In this document: positions 1 to 11,535 of the stretch, piece by piece | How the letters are laid out: the number at the start of each line of letters is the position of its first letter | Position numbering within the stretch: position 1 is the stretch's first letter | NCBI GenBank assembly: GCA_009914755.4 | Contig: CP068257.2 | Location: 15,200,001 to 15,264,000 of the forward strand | Source of the DNA: the human T2T-CHM13v2.0 reference genome, Homo sapiens | Reading direction: 5' to 3' | Length of the DNA stretch: 64,000 nt | The notes under the pieces: generated by a model | Databases searched by the model: none | Told to the model about the DNA's origin: nothing | Seen by the model: the letters and a program-made list of their open reading frames with translations, nothing else | Position numbers and translations under genes: made by a program

Positions 1-682
1 GAATCCTAGCAGGGCAAAAAATTGCCCATTGGTATCTTCACAAAAATTTTACTGCCAGTATACTTTTCCTTAACCTGGAACGTCTTTTTTACCACTCTTT
101 TAACCTTTTTCTCCCCCGTCCTGATCTCAGTCTCAAAGAAAGAAAGTTCCATAACAAAAATATTTGTGGGTTGAATATCTACCTAGATGCTAAATGCTAG
201 GCTAATTGTTTACATGTGTGTTAATTTATTTACTCCTCTCAACAATGTCCTAGAAGAGGCTTCCTTAGAGTCAATAATGAGGAAAGTGTATTAATCTGCA
301 AAAACCTGAGTTCAAGGCAGGGCCTTGGATCAAATCTATAACTCTCTTCCTAATGCAGCTACTCTTACTAAAGTGTTAACAGTCTTCTTCTGTTTGAAAA
401 TCCTCAGTCACTCTTTAGTTTCCTTAAGATTGATATGTTTGGAGCATCATTTTGGAATGCATTGAACTCCCAGACACCCACCCCCAGCACACTCCAAACT
501 CTAACACAACTTAACCTGTAGGTCATAATCTGCCACCTCACAAAGCTCCTTCCTTAGGCTCTCTTCTTCCCCTTATCCTTCCTGCTGTTCTGAATTCCAA
601 AAGTATTTCTTACATTTTCTGGACCATCCACTTTAAGTCTTCTTTTCATAATTGCCTCCACAGCTTCAAGACAGAGATGGGC

Positions 683-686
<4 letters not shown>

Positions 687-731
<45 letters not shown>

Positions 732-780
732 TTCCCTGCCCTTAAAACTGAAAAGAAAAACAAAAACCAAAAAACAAAAA
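687..780. repeat. A-rich low-complexity tract with a ~42-nt pure poly(A) run (687-728)
   Basis: Direct reading: an uninterrupted A homopolymer followed by aaaagaaaaacaaaaaccaaaaaacaaaaaa. No recognisable SINE or LINE body sits immediately upstream. Confidence 0.9.
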
Positions 781-816
781 ACATCGGTTTATCACAGCCG
801 TTATTTTTCTTCTTCC

Positions 817-909
817 TTTTTTTAAGACATGGGGTCTTGCTATGCTGACCAGGCTAGACTCAAATTCCTGGTCTCAAGTGATCCTCCTGCTTCAGCCTCC
901 TGAGTAGCA
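817..909 (-). mobile_element. Alu left-monomer-like (FLAM or Alu left-arm) fragment with a T-rich tail
   Basis: The reverse complement reads gctactcaggaggctgaagcaggaggatcacttgagaccaggaatttgagtctagcctggtcagcatagcaagaccccatgtcttaaaaaaa, matching the Alu left-arm or free-left-monomer consensus. Confidence 0.7.
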
Positions 910-1087
910 CAGTTTTATTTCTTATCAATAAGATATATAATATCTGAATGGCAAATTGAGGATGTAGAATATTCATCGTTGTTGAATTGTATTAAATAGT
1001 TTCATATTGCATTTGTTTGTATGAAAAAGAAAAGTTTTACTTAACAAAAGACACAAACTAATGACTAGTTATTGCCAGTTGACAGAG

Positions 1088-1468
1088 TCTTAGTCTACTT
1101 GTTGCTGCTATAGTAGAATATCACAGACTGGGTAATTTATAAATAATAGATGCTTATTTGGCATATGGTTCTGAAGGTTGAGAAGTCCAAGATTGAGGGA
1201 CTGAATCTAGTCAGGGTCGTCTTACTGTGTCATAACATGGCAGAAGGCATCACATGATAAACATGTGAGACAGGAAACAAGAAACCAAATTCATCCTTAA
1301 TAGAAACTCATTATATAGAAACTCACAATAACTAAACCACTCCTGTGATAACAGTGTCAATCTATTCATGAGGGCTATACCTCTTAAAGGTCTCACCTCT
1401 TAATAGTATCAACAATGGTAATTAAATTTTAACCTGAGTTTTGCAGGGGATATTCAAACTATAGCAGA
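1088..1468 (-). mobile_element. Ancient MaLR (MLT1/MST-like) LTR remnant
   Basis: Contains gactgggtaatttataaa...catggcagaaggcatcacatg...ggggatattcaaactatagca, resembling the antisense MaLR LTR consensus (gagactgggtaatttataaag ... gggattacaatttaacatgagatttgg ... aaaccatatca). Highly diverged. Confidence 0.45.
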
Positions 1469-1526
1469 CAGGTGCTATACTATGTTCTCGATAATAGTTA
1501 CATACATATATGTGTGCAGACAACTA

Positions 1527-1548
1527 TACACACACACACACACACAGA
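1527..1548. repeat. (CA)n microsatellite
   Basis: acacacacacacacacacag read directly. Confidence 0.95.
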
Positions 1549-4500
1549 CATATGGCTTGACAAATCAAGGATTTCTTGAACAAACATACAACTAATGAAA
1601 ATCAGAAATGAGTTGATGCTTTATACTGACACTTAATTTGTACTTGATTCTCATTAAGGATTACCCTTTCTTTGTTTTCAGTCTCTGCTTAGATTTTACT
1701 TAAAAATATTTTCCTAATTTATTTCCCAACATCTTTTCCTGCTGGTATTTCTTTTTTTCCATCATTTATTTATAATGAAGGCTCCTCCAAATACTACTTG
1801 GTCTGAGTTTCTGGAATCCTTTTGGCAATTTCTTTGCAAAAGTAATGTTTGGGATTATTGTGTAGCTCTGTTGCCCAGTTGGAACTGAACATAGCATCAA
1901 GCTATATTGACTACTACATTTTATTTCTTTTTATGCTTTTTTAAAAATAAAATAACCACTACCTAAGGAAAACTATAGCTATCTTCAATGTAGGGCTCAA
2001 GTCAAAACTCTGCAACTCAGGCTGAACTGAATTCAAAAATTAATTTAGCACTTACTTCTTTGCCTTGCAATAAATATTGATAGCGACCTCCACTTTGAGA
2101 GAGATTCTCAGGCAGAAACTTTAACTCTAGAGATACTATTAGGAAATACTATAAGTTCTTTTGCTTCCAAGCTTCCATCTTATGATTTGCATTTTATATT
2201 TGTCCCTAGAGATCATTTTCCTACACTTTTCCAGCTTTTTCTACACTATTCTGTGGCCAAGAGACTGGCCTCTATCCGTCACACCATGCTGACTCTCTTA
2301 CTCTGCATTTCTTGTTGGTTCAGCTATGGGAGAAAAGAGAGGTTAAAGGAAAGAGAAACAGGAGTATTTACTCCCTCAGCTCCCTCCTTGTTTGACTGAG
2401 GGTTAGCTGAGGTTGTTTTCCACTCACCAAAAGACACTTGTTTGCAGATGTTCCTGTCTTATAGTTACAAGTCTCACTGACATTCAATAACTGCTCCCTC
2501 TCCTCATCCCTTTGGTCTCAGGAGTAATAAAAGCTTCCTAAAATATTGGTAGCCGTTAAGATCTATACCGTAAGTCATCACTTACCCAGTATTGTTTCCT
2601 AATAATTGTAAATAGTCTATTAAACTCATTTCTAGTACCCTAATTTGAGTGTGCTACCTCCTTCTTTCTGAGACACTAGCTGATACTTGTGCCTTTTTCT
2701 TAACCTGCTCAATTACTTGTCTCACAGACCTAATTCAGTATTAAACATTTATGAAACTAACTAGTAATCACAATTTTTAAAATATAAAAATAAAACAATC
2801 ACAATTTTAAAAAATCATTCTGTTTAAGCCACAAAACCCACAACTATCATTTCCTTACTTCCTCCTCTTGAAACTCTAATAGGCATCTTTCTATGTTGTG
2901 TTCTTATTTTAGTTAGTCTAATAAACTTAGCTTTGCTTTACGAAGAAAAAGTGAGCATAGTCTTGAATGCTTGAAAATGTAAGTTGAAATTTTAAAGACT
3001 ATAGTTTTATATTTATTTAAATAATTGTTACAATTTTTCCCACTATAACTTGTATTAAGAATGACCCCCTCCACATAGCTAAAAGTATGTGAAAGCAATA
3101 TAACATTTCATAGTTGCTATAAAGTGGCCAAAGTACTTTTTAAATTAATGGCTTGAAAACTAAGAGTGACATGACATTTGATATCTAAAATTTATTTTTT
3201 TCAAAAATAGCTCATCTGTATACCCACCTGCTTGTTTGGAAAACTAAAACTCAAAACATTCATCCTCAAGAGAGATGGGTGACTCCCTCCCTTTATCATT
3301 AATATTATATTAGTGACTATGCAATTGCTTTTGAACTTTAAAGGCAGATTATCCAAAGAGAATCAAGTTTCCAAGAAAATCTCTGCATGCTTCAGTCGTA
3401 AAGCAGGTAGAATCTTTAAATATTTTGTGTGGCTATTTTGTTGAGGACATACCTTTATGAAAGTAGTCTTAAAAACTTTCAATCCTTGAAAACTTTCTTA
3501 GAGATTGAATACAGATAACATCACTGATTTAATGTTTTTCAAGGGATTCATCTACATTTTTTTCTTTTCATCTGAGAATAATGAAGAGCCTTGAAAATGC
3601 TTCATGACTACGAGGGCTTCTTTAAAAGAGTTACATTAACTAAAACTGAAATGTAGTTACCACACAAAGGCAAGGATAGAATAGGAAAAGACAATGAAGA
3701 AAACTCCTTGTAGGCATAGGCTCCTTATGAGGTTTGGGCTTCTTTCTACCCACTATATCATAACAGTGTAAGAAATGTTCTTTGATACACTTCTCATTCT
3801 TTTCTCATTCTCTTCCCTGTACTGATTTTTCTCCACGTGTCCCTTCCAGATTCATTATCTGCCCTGCACCACCCTATGCTTTGCTCTAGAGGCTAACAGC
3901 ACAAATTACAAACCCTGGGCATCGTTGCCCTCTGATTCCAGGATAGGCCATAAGGTGGGAGTGGACTGGGTACCAGCAGAGAGCACCCAGGGTATTTCTG
4001 CCCCCACTCCCTCTGTGGTTCAGTTCTACGTCTGGGGATTTGCTGTGTCCCTCTGTAACTGTAAACTTGCCAGGCAGCATTTCTCCAGGTCTTTGGCTCT
4101 GACTGCCCTTCAATAACAGTTTCCTTTGCTTGCCTGTTTAGGACTAAAGGCAGTGATGGCCTCCCACTGTTGTTAGTCCCTGAGTACCTCTTGGTTCCCT
4201 TAACACTGCCCTGTAAAAGGCCTCCAGAGTTTGATCCGAGTGAGCCCTATTTCAATTCAGAATTCTGACTGATATATCCCCTTTTATGCCTTCTCCTGAC
4301 TCCTTCCAGGTACCAATATGTTCATAGTCCATGACCACTATCCACAGGATGCTGTAATGGACTTAATGTGTTTCTCCTGCATAGATGTATTTTCAGATAC
4401 AGTTGTATATATGGTGGGTGCTCAACTATTCTGGTAGAAGTAAGAAGGTGATCATTGTTTACCAAACTGGACCTCCTAGAGTTCTAAGATTTTCCCTCTG

Positions 4501-5280
4501 TGGTATCACCTATTCATTTGCCCATCAGTTTCCCTAGCTCTTATTCCCTTGATTCAAACTGCTGTGGTTAAGGATTCAAAAGGATGAATGACTTTTATAT
4601 AGCCAGAAAAATATCTAACAGCTGCCAAAATGAACAGGTCAGCACTGTAACAGAACCACGAAAGTTCTAGTCTCTGAAGAGTAGGTGTCCAGAGGAAAAT
4701 TTCAAAGTAGATAATTGGTCTCCTACCTTTTTCTGTTTTTCCCCTTGCCTTCTCTATTTTCTAGTGACCCGTATGTGACATTTAAGAAGGTAAACACTTG
4801 CTTGTGAAAAAATAAATGCCTTGGTGAGAAAGTATGGCAAAGTCACGTCTTGGGAGGAGGAGGAGTTAGAGCGCAGTGGACATAGACATTGCATTCTGAG
4901 TTCATCCGAACCATTTGTTTTTTGTCTCCATTATGCCTCATCCTTTTGTAAAAATGTGTCTGGTGACAAAATGGAAACATAGAGACATACAAATCCTTCT
5001 GGTCTTCTTTTTCTTTCTTGCACTAAACACAGTGAGATCAAGAGACCCCACAGGGCTTAAAGTTATAGCTGCCAGTCCACTATGAACTTGTCACGTACGC
5101 CATTAGACCTGTGCTGGAGAGTAAATTCTACTTCTCTGTAGTGGGACCAGACTCCTAGACAGGTAACAAAGACAAGACTCAAACTGAAGATACTTTGTAT
5201 TCAGTAGACTGATGAGCCAAAACTCTGTTCAGCCGACAGCACATTACAAGAAAAAAGGGAAAGACAGATTTCTAATATGA

Positions 5281-5430
5281 CTTTTCTAGAAAATATGATT
5301 TTATATTTTTATTTATATATTTCATATAAGTATACATAATATATAAATATTTAGATATATTTTATATATTATATAATATATAAATATTTAGATATATTTT
5401 TATATACTATATAATGTATACTTATATATT
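5281..5430. repeat. AT-rich low complexity with a ~38-bp tandem duplication (atataaatatttagatatatttt[t]atata..tatataat, two copies)
   Basis: Direct reading of 5340-5375 versus 5378-5413. Confidence 0.8.
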
Positions 5431-5707
5431 ATCAACATACAGTATCTTCCTCTTTCTTGTTCTTTGCCTGTATAATGTGTCAAAGGCCTCAAATTCTTTT
5501 CTTTAATACTACCCCATTCATTGATACTTGCATTATCAATTACAATTTGTCTTGTTTAAAGCATCTACATTACTGATTTATCAACTTTGAAAATTGTATA
5601 GCTTTAATTCCACAGATTTGCATAAAGTTAGTTATGACCGCCAAAAGTATAAGAAGTTCGTACACTGAGAACAGAATACATCAATATATATTATTAGAGG
5701 AGGTAAA

Positions 5708-5958
5708 ATGCAATGTTTAAGAGTCCAAGTTCTGCAATCATGCTTCCTGCATTTGTAGTCAAATGCTCTACCACTGGGCTATACCCTGCTTGCTGCTTGT
5801 ATTTGAATCCTGGCTCCACTACTTCTAGGTCTGTGGCCTTAAGCAAATTACTTTTCTGTGTATTAATTCTACCTGTACAATGAAGATAATGAGAATATCT
5901 GCCTTAGTATGTTAAGTATTAAATTTGTTAGAACAGTGCCTGAAAATAGTACCGAAGG
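5708..5958 (+). mobile_element. MIR SINE (mammalian-wide interspersed repeat)
   Basis: ttgaatcctggctccactacttctaggtctgtggccttaagcaaattactt...ctgtacaatgaagataatgagaatatctgccttagtatgttaagtattaaatttgttagaacagtgcctg matches the MIR core and 3' consensus (cccggctctgccacttactagctgtgtgaccttgggcaagttacttaacc...tctgtaaaatggggataataatagtacc...ttagaacagtgcctggcaca). Confidence 0.8.
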
Positions 5959-7984
5959 AAATAAATTTATCTAAAAGGCCTTAGGCCAACCTTCAAACCA
6001 ATATTATGATTGACTCCCACACAATAAGTAATGAAGGCTTAACCTAACATTGCCTGATGTCATCCCCACTTTCACCTGTAGGGTGAATGTTAGAATAAAA
6101 GTCTTTAGTACGTTTGCTCCATTTGCAAAGAGCTGCCAATGTAACCCTACATCAGGGAGGGTAAGAAGACAGAAGCTGGGAGCTTGTGGCCATAAAGAAT
6201 ATCCTGGCCCCTTTCCTGATTTTCTATACTTATTATTGAGACTGTCTTATATAATATTTATAAATATTTATGATTTATAAAATATGTTGTATATTAACAT
6301 ACCATATGTGATGTACTTCAAAATATATTTACTATTTATAAAATATCTATGCCCTAAAGGGACTTGTCCATTAAATGATCAGGTTTTAATCTTTTCTACT
6401 TTAGCATGCTTATTCTTTTGAGAATTGAGGAATGGCTGGCCCGAGGTAAGAACTCAATATACAAGCTGACATGATGCTTCTCATTTTTCTCTCTCTTCTA
6501 ATGCAGGTCCAAGTTATGAAAGAAATAATTGAGGCCATTGTGCATTACTCTTATTCTAACACTGCCTGATCTTGGGAAGGGATCAATTGCAAAGTTTATA
6601 TGAATTGAGCTTGGAATAGTGGAGTAAGCTTGAAGAACCTATCTTGGGAAGGATTCCATTTCATAGGCCTTGTTTATTAGCTCAGGAGATATGAGACATG
6701 GCAAACCTATGAGTGACTGGAAAATACAGAGTAGCATATCCAATTTTGGAGAAGTAGTTTTCCCAAGGGTTAATGTCTTAAAAATTAAGAAGCTAAAGAT
6801 TATTTCAAAAGATTATAGGTGAGCAATACAAAGAACAATCCATAGAATAGTCTGGATATATTAGGTCAGAGAGTAATTTAATTGTATTGTGTATTTCTGG
6901 AACAGACTATAGAGAGAAGATTTAATATTATATTTGTAGACTGTCCTGAAGCACAGAAGAAAAAATAAAGAGAAGGATCCGTGTTGGATGGAATTGGGAT
7001 TCATAGATGACACTCAAATTCAGATTGGACTATAAACTGGAGGGGTGTGTGAGTGTCTTGATTTTTTACGTTAGCATATATTGCCTATATGATAATTTAT
7101 TTAAAATGTATAATGAAAGATAAGATCATTATCTAATCGATTGAGAATTATAGCAGAAGAAAAATATATAAGGAAAATTTATGAATCTTGGAGTAGACTC
7201 GATTTTACTGAGTACTTAGTAAACATTCAAATTTCCAGAGTAATGATAAGGGCTCAGGTTCATTGACCCTTGCAAAGACAATACCGGGATACTACACAGT
7301 TTAAGTTGAGAACAATTGATCTATTAAAACAATACCCTGGTTAAATCACTATAGAGTATTCTGGAGCAACTAGCTGGAAAATGCCTGAAATAGATCTGAT
7401 TAAGACTCATATACACTGGGATTTAATGTTAAGCCAAGATAGTATGTGAGGAAGATGCAGTCATTTTTCTAAAATGTGAGGAAGTATATTGAATCTTGAA
7501 AATTGTAAAAGGTGCTGTGTGGAGGACTGCTACACGTCCCTCTGACCCATGTAAAATAACAAAGCAAACATCTGATCAAAATACGACTTTTGAAGCTCTC
7601 TTATGCAAAGAGACAGCCTAACTTCTCTGGTCTGCATGTTCTCTTTCTCTTTGTAGATGATAGCTACATAAGTTGCTAGTGTCTCTGGACATCACTTTTT
7701 GAAATTCCAAGTTCAAATTCCCTTATTGTGCTCTCGTGTTGTATTGCTAACCAGCCTAAGCATAAGAATAAAGGTGGGTTAGGTGTTCTTCCAATTGTTA
7801 CCCATATCTGAATTCTGTTATTGCTCCAGTCTTAAACAACGTGAGGGTCTAGGCATAGAAATTTTGTCAAAAGTAGCATGGCAGCCTGAGGCAGATGAAG
7901 AATAAAGCCATAGTAGAAACAATATAAATTTTGAAAAACAGCTACAAATTAGGCAATAAAAATATTTAGCTGGTTCCTCTGGAG

Positions 7985-8092
7985 GCCAAAATAAAGAAGA
8001 AACAAAGGAAGGAAGGGAAGGAGGGAAGTAGGGAGGGAGGAAGGAAGGGAAGGTAAGAAAAGGAAAAGGAAGGGAAGGGAAGAGGTTTCAGC
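7985..8092. repeat. Purine-rich (GGAA/GGGAAG)n simple repeat
   Basis: ggaaggaagggaaggagggaagtagggagggaggaaggaagggaaggtaagaaaaggaaaaggaagggaagggaagagg. Confidence 0.9.
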
Positions 8093-9527
8093 TATTATTA
8101 TTGGGATGTAAAAATTCTACACTTGGATTGCCAGGTAAGATAATGATTTTCTTGGAATTCAAAAACAGTCAGAAAAACCTTGACTCTAAGGATATGTCTG
8201 GCCACTATTAGATATGTACCCTCTTTGATTGACATTTTCTTTTGGGGGATGATAAACCTCATAGAGATTTTCTGTGATTTAAGTAAGTAACATTTGAATA
8301 AGAAGTCTTTCATGTAGCAGACATTCAGTGAACTCCAGTTCTCTTGCCTATAACCAATTATAAGATACTGGTTGGATGTGTATTTTTTTTTCACATTCAC
8401 TTCTTTAGGCCATTAGATAATGAAGGAAAATTTATAATGTCTAGCTGGGAAATCACATAAATTTTAAATCACAGAAAATGGATTCAGGCAGCGTGATAAA
8501 GATCTTATATTTAAAAATGAATAGACTACTAATGCACATGTATTAAATTATGCCATTAAAACCTAAAATTCTCTCTTATTTTCTAACAATAACATTTGTA
8601 TCTGGCATTATAAATCTTCATCATATATACCCAGAAATTGGGGAGTGTTCACGTAAGTGGGAGTTGAAATTTATTTTCTATGTAATGTAAAAATGTACAT
8701 TTTAAAGGATGGGAGGGAAAAGGTAGGATTTTTCTGAAAGATACATGCCAGTATAAGAAAAAATTATGATCAGGGTAATTCCTAGAACATACAGAAAGAA
8801 GAGATTGCTGCAGAATTCATTTTTCAGGAATCTTTTGCTAATGCTTGACAGTAACTCAGAAGATGAAAATGGAGAACAGAAGAATACATGATTTCACCAA
8901 CTGATAGAAAAGGAATTAAGAAGCTTTTATATACATCCAAATAGGCCATAATCCTTAATTCCTGTGCCAGAAAAAATACCAAGATGAAAAAGTAAACATT
9001 TCCACCTCTTCCTTGGCTACACAAGTATTGCTTATGTTATTCTCTTCTGTAATATTTTTCAAGTATCTCTAATGTTTACATATGTAAAAATAAGTTTTAA
9101 AATACTGAGCTCCCAGACCCAGTCAGTTATTCTTGGCACTAAGGTATAACTAACGAAAAAGAGAAAATAAGATACTCACTTTGTAGCCAATTACTCATAC
9201 ATGCCCAGAAACAGAGGAGCTAGTCCACACCTGTCTACATGCATATCATGTCCTGGAGAATTATCTTATTAGATGTAATCATATGAAGATATATGGCCAA
9301 ATTAAAAGTATATGTACTTCCTTAATTATTTCAAATTACCCCATATTTTATTTGTTATAAAATATAATTTGAGTCTACTATTTTTAGATAGCTGAATGAA
9401 ATAACTTTTCTATAATGAAAATAATACAGTTAAAAGTTTGCATGTAGAAAACAAGGAAGTTTAGTATTTTTGTTTTGTTTTTAGTTTATTTTTTAAATTA
9501 TATTTTAAAAACATAAAATTTAACATC

Positions 9528-9590
9528 TTAACTTTTTTTTTTTTTTTTTTTTTTGAGACAGGGTCTCATTCTGTCGCCAGGTTGGACAAA
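9528..9590 (-). mobile_element. Short Alu 3'-end fragment with a T(~23) tract
   Basis: ttttttttttttttttttttttgagacagggtctcattctgtcgccaggttgg is the antisense of the Alu 3' end plus poly(A). Only about 40 bp of Alu body remains. Confidence 0.7.
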
Positions 9591-9999
9591 TGTGTTGAGC
9601 ATATTTACATTTTTGTTACACAGATTTTCAGAGCTTTTTATCTTGCACATTTGAAAGTCCATACCCACAATTACATAAAATATCTTAAAGTTATAGCATT
9701 CTACTTTAAACCAAAAACATCCTACCTTTAATCACGTAAAATAACTCTACTCCTTTATGGTCTAACCCTCCACACTTTATGTTATTGATGTCACAAGTTA
9801 TGTCTTTATATGCTGTATACACATTAACATAGAGGTAAATTTTTTTTAATGTTTTTTACATTCAAATCCATATACCAAATTTACAATAGTACAGGTTAGT
9901 TAATATATTTGTCCATGTATTTACCTTTACCAGGCAACCTTATATTTTCATATGTTTCATGTTGCTATCTACTATCCTTTTATTTTTCACTTGAAGGAC

Positions 10000-11535
10000 T
10001 GACTCCCTTTGGCATTTCTTGTAGAACAGATCTAATAATAATAAACTTTCTCAACTTTTGTTTAAAATCTTAATTTCTTCTTTACTGTGGAAGAACATTT
10101 TTCTAGATACATAGTCTTGGTTGACTTTTTTTTCTTCATCAGCATTTTAAATATATCTTTATCTTCTTTCTGGCTTGCAAAGTTTCTGCTGAAAAATCTG
10201 CCATTAATCTTATGGAAGATCCCTTGTATGTGATTAATCATTTTCTCTTGCTGCTTCTAAGATTCTCTTTGTTGTTGACTTTAGGTAGTTTGATTTATGT
10301 GTCTTGTTGTGGTTCTCTTTGAATTTATCTTTGAACTTCTTAAATCTGTATGTTCATTTCTTTCCTGATATTTGTAGAGTTTTCATGTTGTTCCTTCAAA
10401 TAAGCCCTCTGCCTTTTTCTCTTTCTCTTTTCCTTCTGGGATTTTCATAATGCATATGTTGATCTGCTTGATGGTGTCCATAACCATGAGTCCCTTGAGT
10501 TCTCTTCATTTTTCTTCACTGTTCTTTCTTTTTGCTTCTCTGACTCAATGATTTCAAATGACCTGTCTTGAAAGGCACTTATTTTTTTTCTGCTGTTGAA
10601 AACTCTGATTAATTTTTTCATTTAGTTACTGTATTTTTAGCTCCAGAATTTTGGATTCTTTTTGTAGTTTCTATTTCTTTGTTGATATTCACATTTTGCT
10701 CATGCTTTGTTTTCCTGAAACAAGATATTTTCATTTTGTTTTCATTTCAATTAAATAAAATTAGCGTCTATGTTCGTTTTAATTTAAGCATCTTCATGAG
10801 AGTTATTTTAAACTCTTTGTCAGGAAGCTCATAGATACCTGTTTTCTTAGGGTCCATTTCTGGAGTTTTATTTTGTTCCTTTGATTTGGCTATGTTTGTT
10901 TCCTTGAAAGATTTATAATTTTTTGATGAGATTTGAGCATCTGTAAAAATGATCAACTCACCCAGTCTTTGCATCCTGGCTTCCTGCAGTGGAAGACCTA
11001 CTCCAATCAGCCCAACTAGAGGAGCTAGGACCTCTTAAACTTTTTCCAATCTATTGCTCTTCCTGGCATCTGTCTGCAGAACTGCAACTGTAATATGCTG
11101 CACATCTCTGTCTTCAGCAGCTTCCAAACTCTGACACTGGTCCTGTCAGTGCTCCAAGTCATATAAGATAGAAATCAGTCTCTTTACCATCCTCCAGAAA
11201 AGCCAGAACATTGAGTGCAAGGTCTAGTCATTTGTTTCTAACCTGAGGGTCCAGCGCTAGTATGGGAGGTCTCCTCAGGGTTGCTTCCTACTGTGCCACA
11301 TAAGAGAAAGGGCACAGGCACAAATTGTGCACCAAATGTGGTAGATCTTTCTTGTCCTTTTGCTGGGACCCGTTCTTGGTTTTATAATGGTCTGGGTATT
11401 GCAGATTTTCAACTGCTCTCTAGACTTCTCACTAAAGTATTCTGGTCCATATATTATGACTAACATAGTGTCTCTGTGAGGGAAGGAGTGTCTGCTACTT
11501 TCTAGTCATCATTTTACTGATTATCACCTCAAGCT
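10000..11535 (-). mobile_element. Old LINE-1 (L1M/L1PB-type) ORF1 region, probably with upstream 5'UTR; 3'-truncated
   Basis: The minus-strand translation of 10000-10990 gives L1 ORF1 C-terminal motifs (...NPRRKRERK...IRLMADFSAETLQARKK...) and N-terminal coiled-coil motifs. The track ORF 10768..10974(-), ...GIYELPDKEFKITLMKMLKLK, matches the L1 ORF1 N-terminus. The span 10990-11535 is inferred to be 5'UTR (low confidence). There is no ORF2 to the left, which is atypical for L1. Confidence 0.7.

Noticed and set aside
554-784. 76-aa poly-Phe ORF on the minus strand
   Set aside because: It is the reverse-complement translation of the A(~42) homopolymer and A-rich tract (TTT = Phe). Not a gene.
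3886-4116. Overlapping 75-aa (-) and 63-aa (+) ORFs in a locally GC-richer patch
   Set aside because: Mutually antisense ORFs of this size arise readily by chance. There is no start or stop context or recognisable domain. The region 3880-4400 may itself be an old repeat (LTR-like), which I could not place.
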